From Candidatus Hydrogenedentota bacterium (GTDB lineage: Bacteria > Hydrogenedentota > Hydrogenedentia > Hydrogenedentales > SLHB01): DNA of 64,000 nt. The notes below the pieces were generated by a model, which was not told where the DNA came from, ran no database searches, and saw only the letters and a program-made list of their open reading frames with translations. The stretch is from NCBI GenBank assembly GCA_045863295.1, contig BTWA01000009.1, positions 64,001 through 128,000 on the forward strand, read 5' to 3'. A program made the translations under genes and the position numbers. Positions 35,044 to 45,300 of the stretch are shown here, piece by piece. The stretch's first letter is position 1, and every line of letters starts with the position of its first letter.

Positions 35044-36765
35044 ATGGATCGCAGGACGTTTCTCTCACTTGCAGGAGTTGCCGGTATGAGTACTCTCCTA
35101 GGGGGCGCTTCTTCCGCTCAGGAACGTTCAGGCGCACCCATCAACGAGATGTTGTTGCGTGGGCGGAATCAGAACCGGTCCACGGTGGTGGCGCGGCATG
35201 GGATGGTTTGCACGAGCCAGCCGCTGGCAAGTCTTGCGGGAATTGATACTTTGCGAGCTGGCGGGTCGGCCGTTGATGCGGCCATTGCGGCCAACGCGAT
35301 GCTGGGTCTGACCGAACCGATGAGTTGCGGACTCGGGGGCGACTTGTTTGCGATTGTCTGGTGGGAGAAGGAGAAGAAGCTGTATGGCCTGAACGCGAGC
35401 GGCCGATCGCCGTATGCGTGGAGTCTTGAGGCCGCGAAGTCGTTAAACTTGGAATCGATCCCTTCGCAGAGTCCGTTGGCATGGAGCGTGCCGGGATGCG
35501 CGAGCGGCTGGGCCGCACTTGCGGAGAAGTTTGGCGCGATCCCGTTCAAGGACGTGCTTCAACCCGCGATTACGACGGCGCGCGATGGATTTCCCGTATC
35601 CCCAATCATTGCGCGCGGCTGGCCGTTTCCGACCAAGTTCGAGAATTTGGGCAAGACCTATGCGCCGGGTGGCCAACATCCGCGCTTTGGCGATATTTTT
35701 CAAAACCCGGCGCTGGCCAACACGCTGGAGATACTCGCACGGGACGGCGCGCAGGCCTATTACCAGGGCGAGATAGCGGAGAAGCTGGTGCGCTTCTCGG
35801 AGAGCGTGGGCGGCAAGTTTGCCTTGAAGGATTTTACGGATCACACGGCCACGTGGGTGGAACCGGTAAGCACTTCGTATCGTGGTTACGATGTATGGGA
35901 GATTCCGCCCAACGGCCAGGGCATTGCGGTGCTTCAAATCCTGAACTTGTTGGAGCACTTTGATATTGGGTCGCTGACGCCCAATTCCGCGGAGCATTTG
36001 CATCTGTTTATCGAAGCCAAGAAGCTGGCTTACGAAGATCGGGCGATATACTACGCGGATCCGGAGAAGGCCGATGTGCCGGTGGATTGGCTCATTTCGA
36101 AGGATTACGGCAAGGAACGGGTTCAACTCATCAATCCCAACAAGGCCAGCATGTCGGTGAAACCGGGAGCAATGGATGGGTCGACCGATACGATCTATCT
36201 GGCCACGGCCGATCGACACGGCAACATGGTTTCGTTTATTCAAAGCATCTACAGCGGTTGGGGATCGCATTTTGCGCCGGAGGACTTGGGATTCGCGATA
36301 CAGAATCGCGGTTCGGCCTTTACGCTGAATGCCGATCATCGCAACCGTCTGGAACCTCACAAGCGTCCCTTCCACACCATCATTCCCGGTTTTCTTACGC
36401 GCGAAGGGAAGGCGGTGATGCCCTTTGGCGTAATGGGCGGCGATTTTCAGCCGCAGGGCCATAGCCAGGTGCTGATGAATATGATCGACTTTGGGTACTC
36501 GGTGCAGCAGGCCGGCGATCAACCGCGCATTGAGCACGCGGGCAGCAGCGACCCCGACGGTTCGCGCATGGAAGGTGCCGGCATTGTAGCGTGTGAACGT
36601 CACATCGGCGACGATGTGAAAGAGAAACTTGCAGCCCTGGGACATACGCTCAAGCCCGGTTTCCAGGAATTCGGCGGGTATCAGGCAGTATGGCGCGAAG
36701 ATGATCCGTTGCGCTATTTCGGCGGTTCGGATCCCCGCAAGGATGGCTGCGCGATTGGCTACTGA
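35044..36765 (+). CDS. ggt: Gamma-glutamyltransferase with twin-arginine (Tat) signal
   Basis: MDRRTFL Tat motif; GG.AVDAAIA, CGLGGDLF, IPPNGQG, nucleophile DT-IYL..AD..GNMVS, KRPFHTIIP, GVMGG..QPQGH and SDPRKDG. Confidence 0.95.
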   Translation: MDRRTFLSLAGVAGMSTLLGGASSAQERSGAPINEMLLRGRNQNRSTVVARHGMVCTSQPLASLAGIDTLRAGGSAVDAAIAANAMLGLTEPMSCGLGGDLFAIVWWEKEKKLYGLNASGRSPYAWSLEAAKSLNLESIPSQSPLAWSVPGCASGWAALAEKFGAIPFKDVLQPAITTARDGFPVSPIIARGWPFPTKFENLGKTYAPGGQHPRFGDIFQNPALANTLEILARDGAQAYYQGEIAEKLVRFSESVGGKFALKDFTDHTATWVEPVSTSYRGYDVWEIPPNGQGIAVLQILNLLEHFDIGSLTPNSAEHLHLFIEAKKLAYEDRAIYYADPEKADVPVDWLISKDYGKERVQLINPNKASMSVKPGAMDGSTDTIYLATADRHGNMVSFIQSIYSGWGSHFAPEDLGFAIQNRGSAFTLNADHRNRLEPHKRPFHTIIPGFLTREGKAVMPFGVMGGDFQPQGHSQVLMNMIDFGYSVQQAGDQPRIEHAGSSDPDGSRMEGAGIVACERHIGDDVKEKLAALGHTLKPGFQEFGGYQAVWREDDPLRYFGGSDPRKDGCAIGY

Positions 36766-37621
36766 TTCGCCGTCCGAGCCGAAACCTCCGCGTGTTTCCA
36801 TTGTCATACCCTCCTGGGATGGTCATCGCGACGGGTGCGTGCCCCGGTTGTTGGCCAGCATCGAGGAGCAGACGTTTCGGGACTACGAGGTCATTGTCAT
36901 CCAGGGCGTGTCGCCGCAGGGCCGTGCCATTAACCAAGGGGCGGCCAGGGCGCGCGGTGAGATACTCGTGATTCTCGACGACGACAGCCGGCTTGCGGAT
37001 GAACACGTGATTGAACGGCTTGTCCATTGCCTCGATGCCGATGGGCGGGTGGGCATGGCCGGAGCGAGCATCATTCTGCCGCCGGATGTTTCTTCCTTTC
37101 AGCGCCGTGCCGCTCGGCAATTTCCGCGATTTAATACCCCCATCGTACGCGAAGTGACCGACAGCGATTTGGCGTGCCACGGCTGCTGCGCGTTTCCCAA
37201 GAGCGTGTTTGAATCCGTCGGCCGCGAGCGGGAAGACATAGTTCGTGGCCTCGATCCCGATTTGCGTGTGCGGCTGCGCGCGGCGGGCTATCGCGTCGTG
37301 CTAGTGCCCCATGCGGCGATATACCATCCCATGCCGGACGGGTGGGGCAAGTTGATTCGCATCTTTTTCCGGAACGGCTATGGGTCGGCCTATGCCTACA
37401 AGTTTCATGCGGACAGCGTCTACGAGACGCACGAAGCGCTGCATGAATCCAGTTTTCGCCCGACTACCGGGTTTGTTTTCCGGTTGTTGCGTTATCCGTT
37501 TCGTCTCGCCAAGGCCGTGCTGCAGGGCCGCCTGATCCGGTTCGTGGCGTATCTTGCCTATGCGACCGGTTACCTCTGGGGATTGGCGGTTGCCAGGAAG
37601 GCTGTTTCGCCGACTGTATGA
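36743..37621 (+). CDS. Glycosyltransferase family 2
   Basis: VSIVIP, AINQGA..ARGEILVILDDDS and D.DLRVRL..AGY. Start uncertain (ATG 36743 or TTG 36755); either overlaps the ggt end. Confidence 0.85.
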   Translation: MAARLATDSPSEPKPPRVSIVIPSWDGHRDGCVPRLLASIEEQTFRDYEVIVIQGVSPQGRAINQGAARARGEILVILDDDSRLADEHVIERLVHCLDADGRVGMAGASIILPPDVSSFQRRAARQFPRFNTPIVREVTDSDLACHGCCAFPKSVFESVGREREDIVRGLDPDLRVRLRAAGYRVVLVPHAAIYHPMPDGWGKLIRIFFRNGYGSAYAYKFHADSVYETHEALHESSFRPTTGFVFRLLRYPFRLAKAVLQGRLIRFVAYLAYATGYLWGLAVARKAVSPTV

Positions 37622-37726
37622 CTGTACGGATTGGCTGATTGCCACGGAGTTGCAATTTTCGTTCGGCTGGCGGATGATCGCGCGTTCTCAGATACGACAA
37701 GGCGATTCATCGCATATGGGGGAGCC

Positions 37727-39034
37727 ATGCAGACCGTCAGTGAACAAGCCCGCATTCTGCCCAAGAACTACAAGTGGTACATCGTCGGCATGCTGTGGTT
37801 CATGGCGTTTTTTAATTACGCCGACCGGCAGGCACTTGCCTCGGTTTTGCCGCTCATAAAAGAAGACTTCACGCTGAGCGATACGCAGTTGGGCATTGTG
37901 ACCGCGGCGTTCGCTTGGATATACGGCCTCGGCGCACCCTTTGCCGGATACATCGTCGATCGGGTGCGCCGGAAAACGGCCATTCTTGCGGGTCTTCATG
38001 CGTGGAGCTTAATCTGCATGGCGACGGCACTTTCCACGAATTACCTTTCGCTGGCATTTTTTCGTGCGCTCGAAGGCATCGGCGAGACGTTTTACTTCCC
38101 GGCTTCCATGTCTTTGATTAGTGACTACCACGGCAGGAAAACGCGATCCCGCGCGATGGGCTTGCATCAGACCAGCGTATATGCCGGTACAATCGGCGGA
38201 GGTTTTTTTGCCGGTCTGATTGGGCAGTACTATGGATGGAAGTGGTCGTTTGTGGTGTTTGGCGGATTGGGCATTCTGCTTGGCATCGTATTGCACAAGT
38301 TGGTGGTTGAGCCTGTGCGCGGCGCCGCGGACGAAGAGGATACCGGCATCAAACATGAGGTTGTGCGGTCGGGCATGTCTGTCGCAGACACGGCCAAGCT
38401 CATATTTACCACCCCAACGACCCTCTTTTTGTTGGGCGCATTTCTGTGCGCCAACTTCGTGGCGACGGTCATGCTGGCGTGGATGCCCACTTATCTTCAC
38501 CGCAATTTCGGTTTGAGTTTGGCGGGCGCGGGTTTTACCGCCGTATTCTATCTTCAAATGGCCAGCATGGTTGCTTCTCCCATCGGCGGCTGGATTGCAG
38601 ATACGCTGCGTCGCAAGATGTTTGGGGGCCGAATGATTGTTCAGGCGGTCGGGGTTCTGTGCGGGGCTCCTTTCGTATACTTGTGCGGTGTAACCCAGGA
38701 GCTTGCGACATTGGTCATCGTGCTGACCTGTTGGGGTTTCTGCAAAGGGCTCTACGACGCGAACATTTTCGCCTCAATTTACGATGTCATTCCCGCCAAC
38801 GCACGCGGGATGGCGGCTGGCCTGATGAATTGCATCGGATGGTTGGCCGGAGGCGGAACAGCTCCAATCATTGTAGGCGCCTTGGCTGACCGGTACGATT
38901 TGGGTACGGCCATCGCTGTAACGTCGTGTATGTACGTACTGGCAGGCATCGTGTTGATGTTGGGCGCGCTCTTGTTTATCAAGAAGGACTCCCTCAAGGT
39001 ACAAGCGCATTTGGGCGCGGCGCCTACTTCATGA
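37727..39034 (+). CDS. Major facilitator superfamily transporter (spinster/ACS-like)
   Basis: FNYADRQ, motif A GYIVDRVRRK and GWIADTLRR; about 12 TM segments; GGAG RBS before ATG 37727. Confidence 0.92.
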   Translation: MQTVSEQARILPKNYKWYIVGMLWFMAFFNYADRQALASVLPLIKEDFTLSDTQLGIVTAAFAWIYGLGAPFAGYIVDRVRRKTAILAGLHAWSLICMATALSTNYLSLAFFRALEGIGETFYFPASMSLISDYHGRKTRSRAMGLHQTSVYAGTIGGGFFAGLIGQYYGWKWSFVVFGGLGILLGIVLHKLVVEPVRGAADEEDTGIKHEVVRSGMSVADTAKLIFTTPTTLFLLGAFLCANFVATVMLAWMPTYLHRNFGLSLAGAGFTAVFYLQMASMVASPIGGWIADTLRRKMFGGRMIVQAVGVLCGAPFVYLCGVTQELATLVIVLTCWGFCKGLYDANIFASIYDVIPANARGMAAGLMNCIGWLAGGGTAPIIVGALADRYDLGTAIAVTSCMYVLAGIVLMLGALLFIKKDSLKVQAHLGAAPTS

Positions 39035-39418
39035 TTCCTGTCCAAAATTTGGATCTCTCTTGTCCAAATAGTATACACCGGGGTTAAAAACGGCCTCTGC
39101 CAGCTCAGATCTTTTGGACTCGAATAGGGCAATTTTCGAGTCAAATTCTGGCTCAAAGTCCGCCTTGCTTATAGTCTCAAGCCGATGCTCTTTTAGTCAT
39201 AACTATTTACTAAATAGATGGTTATGAATCAAATCCCCAGTATCTTCATTAGTTTAAGGATTTGCGCGAATTCCTTCTTTTTATTGACTTACCGAACCTG
39301 CGGACGTAATGGACAGTCAAATCATATGGTAAAGTAGACATCGTAGCTGTTCGGCGGTTGGTGAGTTTGTTCCCGGCTGCCGTTAGGGCACGAAAGGCAG
39401 AGTTCCTGGGTGGTATCG

Positions 39419-42283
39419 ATGATTGTACGTTTGGGGATAGTGTGTCTTGCCGTTTTCGCGGGATTTACCGGTTACGCACAGAACCGGCGCGCGATCATTG
39501 TCGTTGGCGGCACCACCAGCGTTCCGAACGCGGCGGAGTACAAGAAGCTTTCTGATCAGGCGTATTCTGTGCTGAAGGCGCAGGGCTATACGGATGCCAA
39601 CATTTCTTTCTTATCTCCCCATACTACGTCTGCTGGTCGAGACGGGGCGACGACGTCGGCGCAGCTTCAGAGTGATCTTACAAGCTGGGCGGCGTCTTCC
39701 ACTTTGGACCTTGTCCTCTACTTGATTGGTCCTGGCACGTACGACTCGTTTCAATTGAACGCGACCGAGTCAATATCGTCGACGACGCTGGATGGTTGGC
39801 TAGATACGTTGCAGACTACCTTGCCTAATCCTTTGGTCGTGATTATGGAGTTTGACACGGCGGGCGCCTTTCTCGACAAGTTGCGGGCGACTGGCGGCAA
39901 GGTTCGCATCAATATCGCCACTTGCGACTATTGGGGTCCTGCCAGTTTCCTTCGCAACGGCCGGTTTTCTTTTTCCATTTATTTCTGGTCTCAGATTTTG
40001 TACGGTTCGAACGTGAACTCGGCGTTCAATAATGCGCTGGATGCGATGACGCGCTGCAGTTTGCGCCAGACGCCGCTGCTTGATGACGACGGCGACGGCG
40101 AATACAACGCATTTAATGACGGGTTTGAAGCCCAGAATTTTGTTGTGGGCAACGGTACGCTGGTGCCCGATCAGGATCCCTCCATTGGTACGTTCACCGC
40201 GCCTTCGACGATTCAGGGTGGCGATGACAAGGAGATTCGTGCGGAGAACGTAGTTACATTCGGTGCGCTTGCAGGTGTAGAGGTATTGTTTGTCGATCCG
40301 GATTTTTTTGTGCCGGAGATTGGTCAACCATTCTCGAACATTACCTTTGAAACGCTTGCGCCACAGGGTGGCGCCGTATTCAATACGTTCTACGATGGCT
40401 TTGAAAAACTGGGCGTGCACCGCCTTGTGGCAATCGTTTATGACGTGGACGGACGGGTGTCGCATCCGTTCAATATTGAGTTGACCAACGAGGGTCTGCC
40501 CGGCCAGCAGGACCTGTTTGAAGACGACGACGCAGTTGCCCGTGCCTACTGGTATGGACTTGGCGGACCCCGCCAGCATCGCAATTTTCACGATGCGGGC
40601 GATGTCGACTGGGTTGTTTTTTTCGGCCGGGCCGAGGACAACAGCCAAGGCGATTTCAATGCCGAGTGTGTTCGCGACGGTGCGTACGTGACGGATTGCG
40701 TTCTTGAACTCTATGACGGTACCGGCACGACTTTGTTGGACAGTGGCGACGGTCATCTTGAATACGAGACTCCTCCGACCGGCAAGTATGCTTTGCGTAT
40801 CCGTCATAAGACCAACCAGTTTGGGCCAAACACGTACTACGAATTACGCATATGGCGCTTCCTTGTCGGTCCGGCCGTCACGGGCAACTTGCAATTGCTT
40901 GTGCAGAATGCGAGCAACAGCAGTCCGGTGGCTGGAGCGGAAGTCAACGTAACCAAACTGGGTGAGCCCGCGCTGAACTTCAAGGTGTTTACGGATGGAT
41001 TGGGCCAGACGCCTCAGTTGTCTCTTGAAGAGGCGACGTATCAGGTGAACGTTGCCAAGGCCCCGGACTTTACGCAAAGCAGCACCAACGCGTTCATGTC
41101 TGCTGGCGCGACGACTTTTCATCAAGTCATGCTGAACCCGGTGGGCGGCGGCGGTCTGACCGTGACCTCACCCAACGGCGGGGAGACGCTTGTCAAGAAC
41201 GCGGTGCACAACATTCAGTGGACCGGGGCCAGCGGCAACGTGAAGATCGTATTGTTGCAGGGCGCCGCGGAAGTGTTGCCCATTGCTGAGTCGACGGCCA
41301 ATACAGGCAGCTTTGCGTGGACGGTGCCTGGTTTCATGACGCCGGCAAACGACTATCGTGTGCAAATCTATCAGTTGCCGGGCACCGCGGTGTCGGATAT
41401 CAGCAACAACTTCTTTTCCATTGCCGAACAGGGTACGACTCCGCCGCCACCCGGCCGAAAGTCGGCATTGGAGAAGTTGAATGTCCCGATTGCAGAGTCA
41501 ACGATGCCGGCGAATCCGGAGGAACTGACGGCCGGCCAACCGCTGTCCTTGCGCGTATCCGGCCATGGGAAAGTCGACCCTGCCACCATTTGGATGACTG
41601 TTGAAGGCGATCAGGGATATCGGAGTGACCAGTGTCGGTGGCAGGCCATCGCGCCGGACAACTCGGACGGCTGGATAACGCATGAGTTTGCCCAAAACGC
41701 GGCCCATGCGGAGGCGCTGTGGGTGCGTGCAGGTGCAGTGACCTCGGATGGCGCTGCCATTGAATTGCCTGTACAGCGTTTCGTTGCGGGTGGGAGTTCC
41801 GCGGCAAAGTCGATGACGGATAGCCTGGCGCCGGAATTCTTTGTTTCGCCCCTGCCGGCTGACGAGGGCAGTACCGTTTCGCAAGTATACCGTGTGAGCC
41901 CGGCGGCGGTATTCGACACACCGCGTACCGTAACCATACCGCTCTCGTCAAACGCAACAGCGGATGCCGTAACCGTTTTTTACTTTAGCGAATCGACATC
42001 TCATTTGGGGTGGTACGCGGCTGACGAAGTGACGGGCTTTACCATTCCGGGCAGCTTGCGTATCGAAACCGTGGGCGGTGTGCCGCATGCGGTATTTGAG
42101 ATTTTGCACGGTGGAGTAGTGCAAATTGCGAAGCCTGCGCGAACGAGCCTTTCCGGTTTTGGATTGACTCTGGAAGTGCAGGGCGGCCGTTCGGCGATTG
42201 CCGGATTTGCGGTTGTCCTCTCTGGCGTACTGTTCGCCTTGTGGGTCTTGCTTTTGTATCGTCCACTCGGCGCCCGGCGTTGA
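39419..42283 (+). CDS. Secreted, C-terminally anchored protein with a degenerate C13/caspase-like domain and beta-sandwich domains
   Basis: Signal peptide; colinear homology with the C-terminal half of the next gene; LTVTSPNGGE Ig-like domain; C-terminal TM plus basic tail. Confidence 0.8.
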   Translation: MIVRLGIVCLAVFAGFTGYAQNRRAIIVVGGTTSVPNAAEYKKLSDQAYSVLKAQGYTDANISFLSPHTTSAGRDGATTSAQLQSDLTSWAASSTLDLVLYLIGPGTYDSFQLNATESISSTTLDGWLDTLQTTLPNPLVVIMEFDTAGAFLDKLRATGGKVRINIATCDYWGPASFLRNGRFSFSIYFWSQILYGSNVNSAFNNALDAMTRCSLRQTPLLDDDGDGEYNAFNDGFEAQNFVVGNGTLVPDQDPSIGTFTAPSTIQGGDDKEIRAENVVTFGALAGVEVLFVDPDFFVPEIGQPFSNITFETLAPQGGAVFNTFYDGFEKLGVHRLVAIVYDVDGRVSHPFNIELTNEGLPGQQDLFEDDDAVARAYWYGLGGPRQHRNFHDAGDVDWVVFFGRAEDNSQGDFNAECVRDGAYVTDCVLELYDGTGTTLLDSGDGHLEYETPPTGKYALRIRHKTNQFGPNTYYELRIWRFLVGPAVTGNLQLLVQNASNSSPVAGAEVNVTKLGEPALNFKVFTDGLGQTPQLSLEEATYQVNVAKAPDFTQSSTNAFMSAGATTFHQVMLNPVGGGGLTVTSPNGGETLVKNAVHNIQWTGASGNVKIVLLQGAAEVLPIAESTANTGSFAWTVPGFMTPANDYRVQIYQLPGTAVSDISNNFFSIAEQGTTPPPPGRKSALEKLNVPIAESTMPANPEELTAGQPLSLRVSGHGKVDPATIWMTVEGDQGYRSDQCRWQAIAPDNSDGWITHEFAQNAAHAEALWVRAGAVTSDGAAIELPVQRFVAGGSSAAKSMTDSLAPEFFVSPLPADEGSTVSQVYRVSPAAVFDTPRTVTIPLSSNATADAVTVFYFSESTSHLGWYAADEVTGFTIPGSLRIETVGGVPHAVFEILHGGVVQIAKPARTSLSGFGLTLEVQGGRSAIAGFAVVLSGVLFALWVLLLYRPLGARR

Positions 42284-42384
42284 CGGTTTGCCTCTTTAAT
42301 TGTAGTACTTGATCGAGGGGAGTAGATTCGTTTGCCGTGCTATACTGTGAACCGCATCTTCGTTCACATGGTTGCAGCGAAACA

Positions 42385-45300
42385 ATGAAGTATACCCGGT
42401 TACAAGGCCCAGGCAGGCTGGCACTTCTCATTGCGGCGGTGTGTTCGCTTTTTTCCGTATCGCCGTTAGAGGTGGGCGCGACTGAATACCGGTTCGAACG
42501 CATGTGGCCGACCCTGCAACAGCCATGGTATTTCGGCACGCCCGGCGACGTTACCTACGATCAATTTTCCGATCACGTGTACGTCCTTGATTCCTTCAAC
42601 CACCGTGTGGAGAAGTATACGCGAGACGGCCAGTTCGTTTTGCGTTGGGGGGTACAAGGGGACGACCCCGGTGAGTTCTTTTCCCCGCAGGGGATTTGTG
42701 TTGACTATTTCAGCAATGTCTACGTAGCCGATACGGGCAATGACCGGATTCAGAAATTTACGCCTAACGGCGAGTTTATCATGGAGTGGGGCAGTTTCGG
42801 GACTGGAGCGAGCCAATTCGACGAGCCTACGGGCATCGAAATCGATTATTACGGTGGATTGTGGGTGACAGACAAGAAGAATCACCGCATTCACAAGTAC
42901 GACTTTCTGGGAAACTTTATCGGGGTCGTGGGAACCCAGGGTTCGGGTCCGCTTCAATTTAACGAGCCTTGGGACATCTGCATTGACAACTATCTCGGCT
43001 ACGTGTTTGTCTCCGACAGTTTGAACGATCGCATTCAGGTGCTCGATCTCAATGGATTCTTCTGGTTCAACTTCGGCGGTACGGGAACTGGTCCCAAGCA
43101 ATTTGATTACCCAATCGGTTTGGAGATGGATTTCTCCGGCTATCTCCATGTCGTGGACGAAAGCAATAATCGCATACAGACGTTCTATCCGAACGTGTCG
43201 CTTCTGGACTATGACTTTGTCCATGAGTTCGGCATGCAGGGTTCGGGGGAATCGCAATTCTGGAGTCCGCGCGGGCTTGCGGTGGACCGTGATTACAATC
43301 TCTACATCGCGGATTGGTTGAACTCTCGTTTGCAAAAGGTCACGTGGTTCGGCGACTACCTTGATTCCTGGACGAGTTCCGGGCCTCAACTAGGCCGTTT
43401 TGGATTTCCGCGGGGCATTGCGCGCGACAGCCAGGGCCGCATTTACGTTGCGGAATTTATCGGCGAGCGGGTGACTGTATTCAGTCCACAAGGCGAGCCG
43501 TTGGAAACTTTCGCGGCGGATGATGGCGGCAATGGCATCGCGATTGATTCCAACGACAACATATTTGTCGTGACAGAATCCAATTTGGTACGACGTTATA
43601 CGCGAGATATCAACGGCGTTGTTGTGGAGAATGCGCAGTTTGACGGTACGGCGCAGGGGCAGACCCCGCTGAACGCGCCCTGGTCTGTTGCGTGCGATGC
43701 CACGGGTGACGTTTATGTGGCCGATTTCAACAACGATCGCATCCAGGTGTTCAGCAATACCGGGACTTGGGAGCGGACGATTGGGACTGCCGGCAGCGGC
43801 GATGGCCAACTCAACAATCCGTCCGGCGTCTTTGTATACAACGGCGAGTTGTACGTGGCTGACGGCGACAACGATCGCGTCCAGGTATTCACGTTGACAG
43901 GAAACTTCGTGCGGAAATGGGGAAGCGACGGATCGGGGCCGGGGCAATTTGACGGGACGGCGGGTATTACCGTGGATGCGTCTGGAAATGTATATACAGG
44001 CGATCTGGGCAATGGCCGAATCAATGTATTTAATACGCAAGGCGTGTTTCAGGGAGATTTCGGCGAATTGGGCACGGCGCCCGGCCAGTTTTTTAACCCT
44101 ATCGCACTATCCACGGACGCGTCGGGCAACGTGCTTGTCGCCGAATTGAGCATCCATCGCGTTCAGGCGATTAAGCCCATTGCCGTAAGCAGCAATGCCA
44201 AGGCTGTTATCGTAGCGGCGGGCGGTCCGTTTCCGGGCAACAACTTGTGGGACGCCACTCAGTTCTGCGCCAATTTTGCTTACCGGTCGTTGCTTTTCCA
44301 GGGCTATGACAAGGGTGCCATCCAGTATCTTTCCTCGAATCAGTCCCTCGATCTCGACAGTAACGGCTTGCCTGATGACGTAGATGCCGATGCGACCAAC
44401 GCCAACCTACAACAAGCGATAACACAATGGGCGACCGGCGCAAGTGAACTGGTGATTTATCTGGTCAACCACGGGGGACAGGGCACGTTCCGCATGAGCG
44501 AGTCCGAAACCTTGAGCGCCGCATCCCTCGCCGGGTGGGTCAACGCGTTTCAGAATCAGGCCAACGCGAAGATCATTGCGATTTACGACGCATGTCAATC
44601 CGGCAGTTTTCTGACCGCGCTTCAGGGCGCCAATCGCATCGTGATGACGAGCGCAACCGGCAATGAGAATGCTCACTTTCTTAGCGGCGGATCCATTTCA
44701 TTTTCCAACTTTTTCTGGACCCAGGTGTTTAATGGGTACTCCGTTACGGATTCGTTCAATTACGCCAAAGACTCCTTGGGGCAGTCCATACAATTGCAGA
44801 CGCCGCAGTTGTACGATCCTGGTAACGTCGCGGCCACGACTTTCATTGGTAATGGCACACCGACCGTGGGAGACCGTCCAGTCATCAATTCGGTGACGCC
44901 GCCGCAGAACATCAACGGGGTGACGACTGCGACCATCGATGCCGATGTGACCGATCCGGACGGACTTGCCCGCGTGTGGATTGTGATTCAACCGCCGGGA
45001 TATGCGCCGCCCTCCGCGGACAATCCTGTACAGGATTTTCCGAGCCTGGATCTCACGCCCGACACCGGCAACACCTGGACGGGCGAGTACGCTGATTTTA
45101 CGATTCCGGGTACGTACAACATTGCGGTGTACGCGCGTGATCGCGCTGGCGACACCTCCGTACCTGTTTCCACTGCAGTTACGGTAAATAATCCGCTCCG
45201 CCGCCGCGCCATCATCCTGGCTACGGGAACGACGAATAAAGTGGCGTATGACTTGATCAAGCCCAACGCCGATTTGGCCTATAGCGCCATGAAGCAACAG

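Noticed and set aside
35443..36807. 454-aa minus-strand ORF
   Set aside because: Antisense shadow of ggt.
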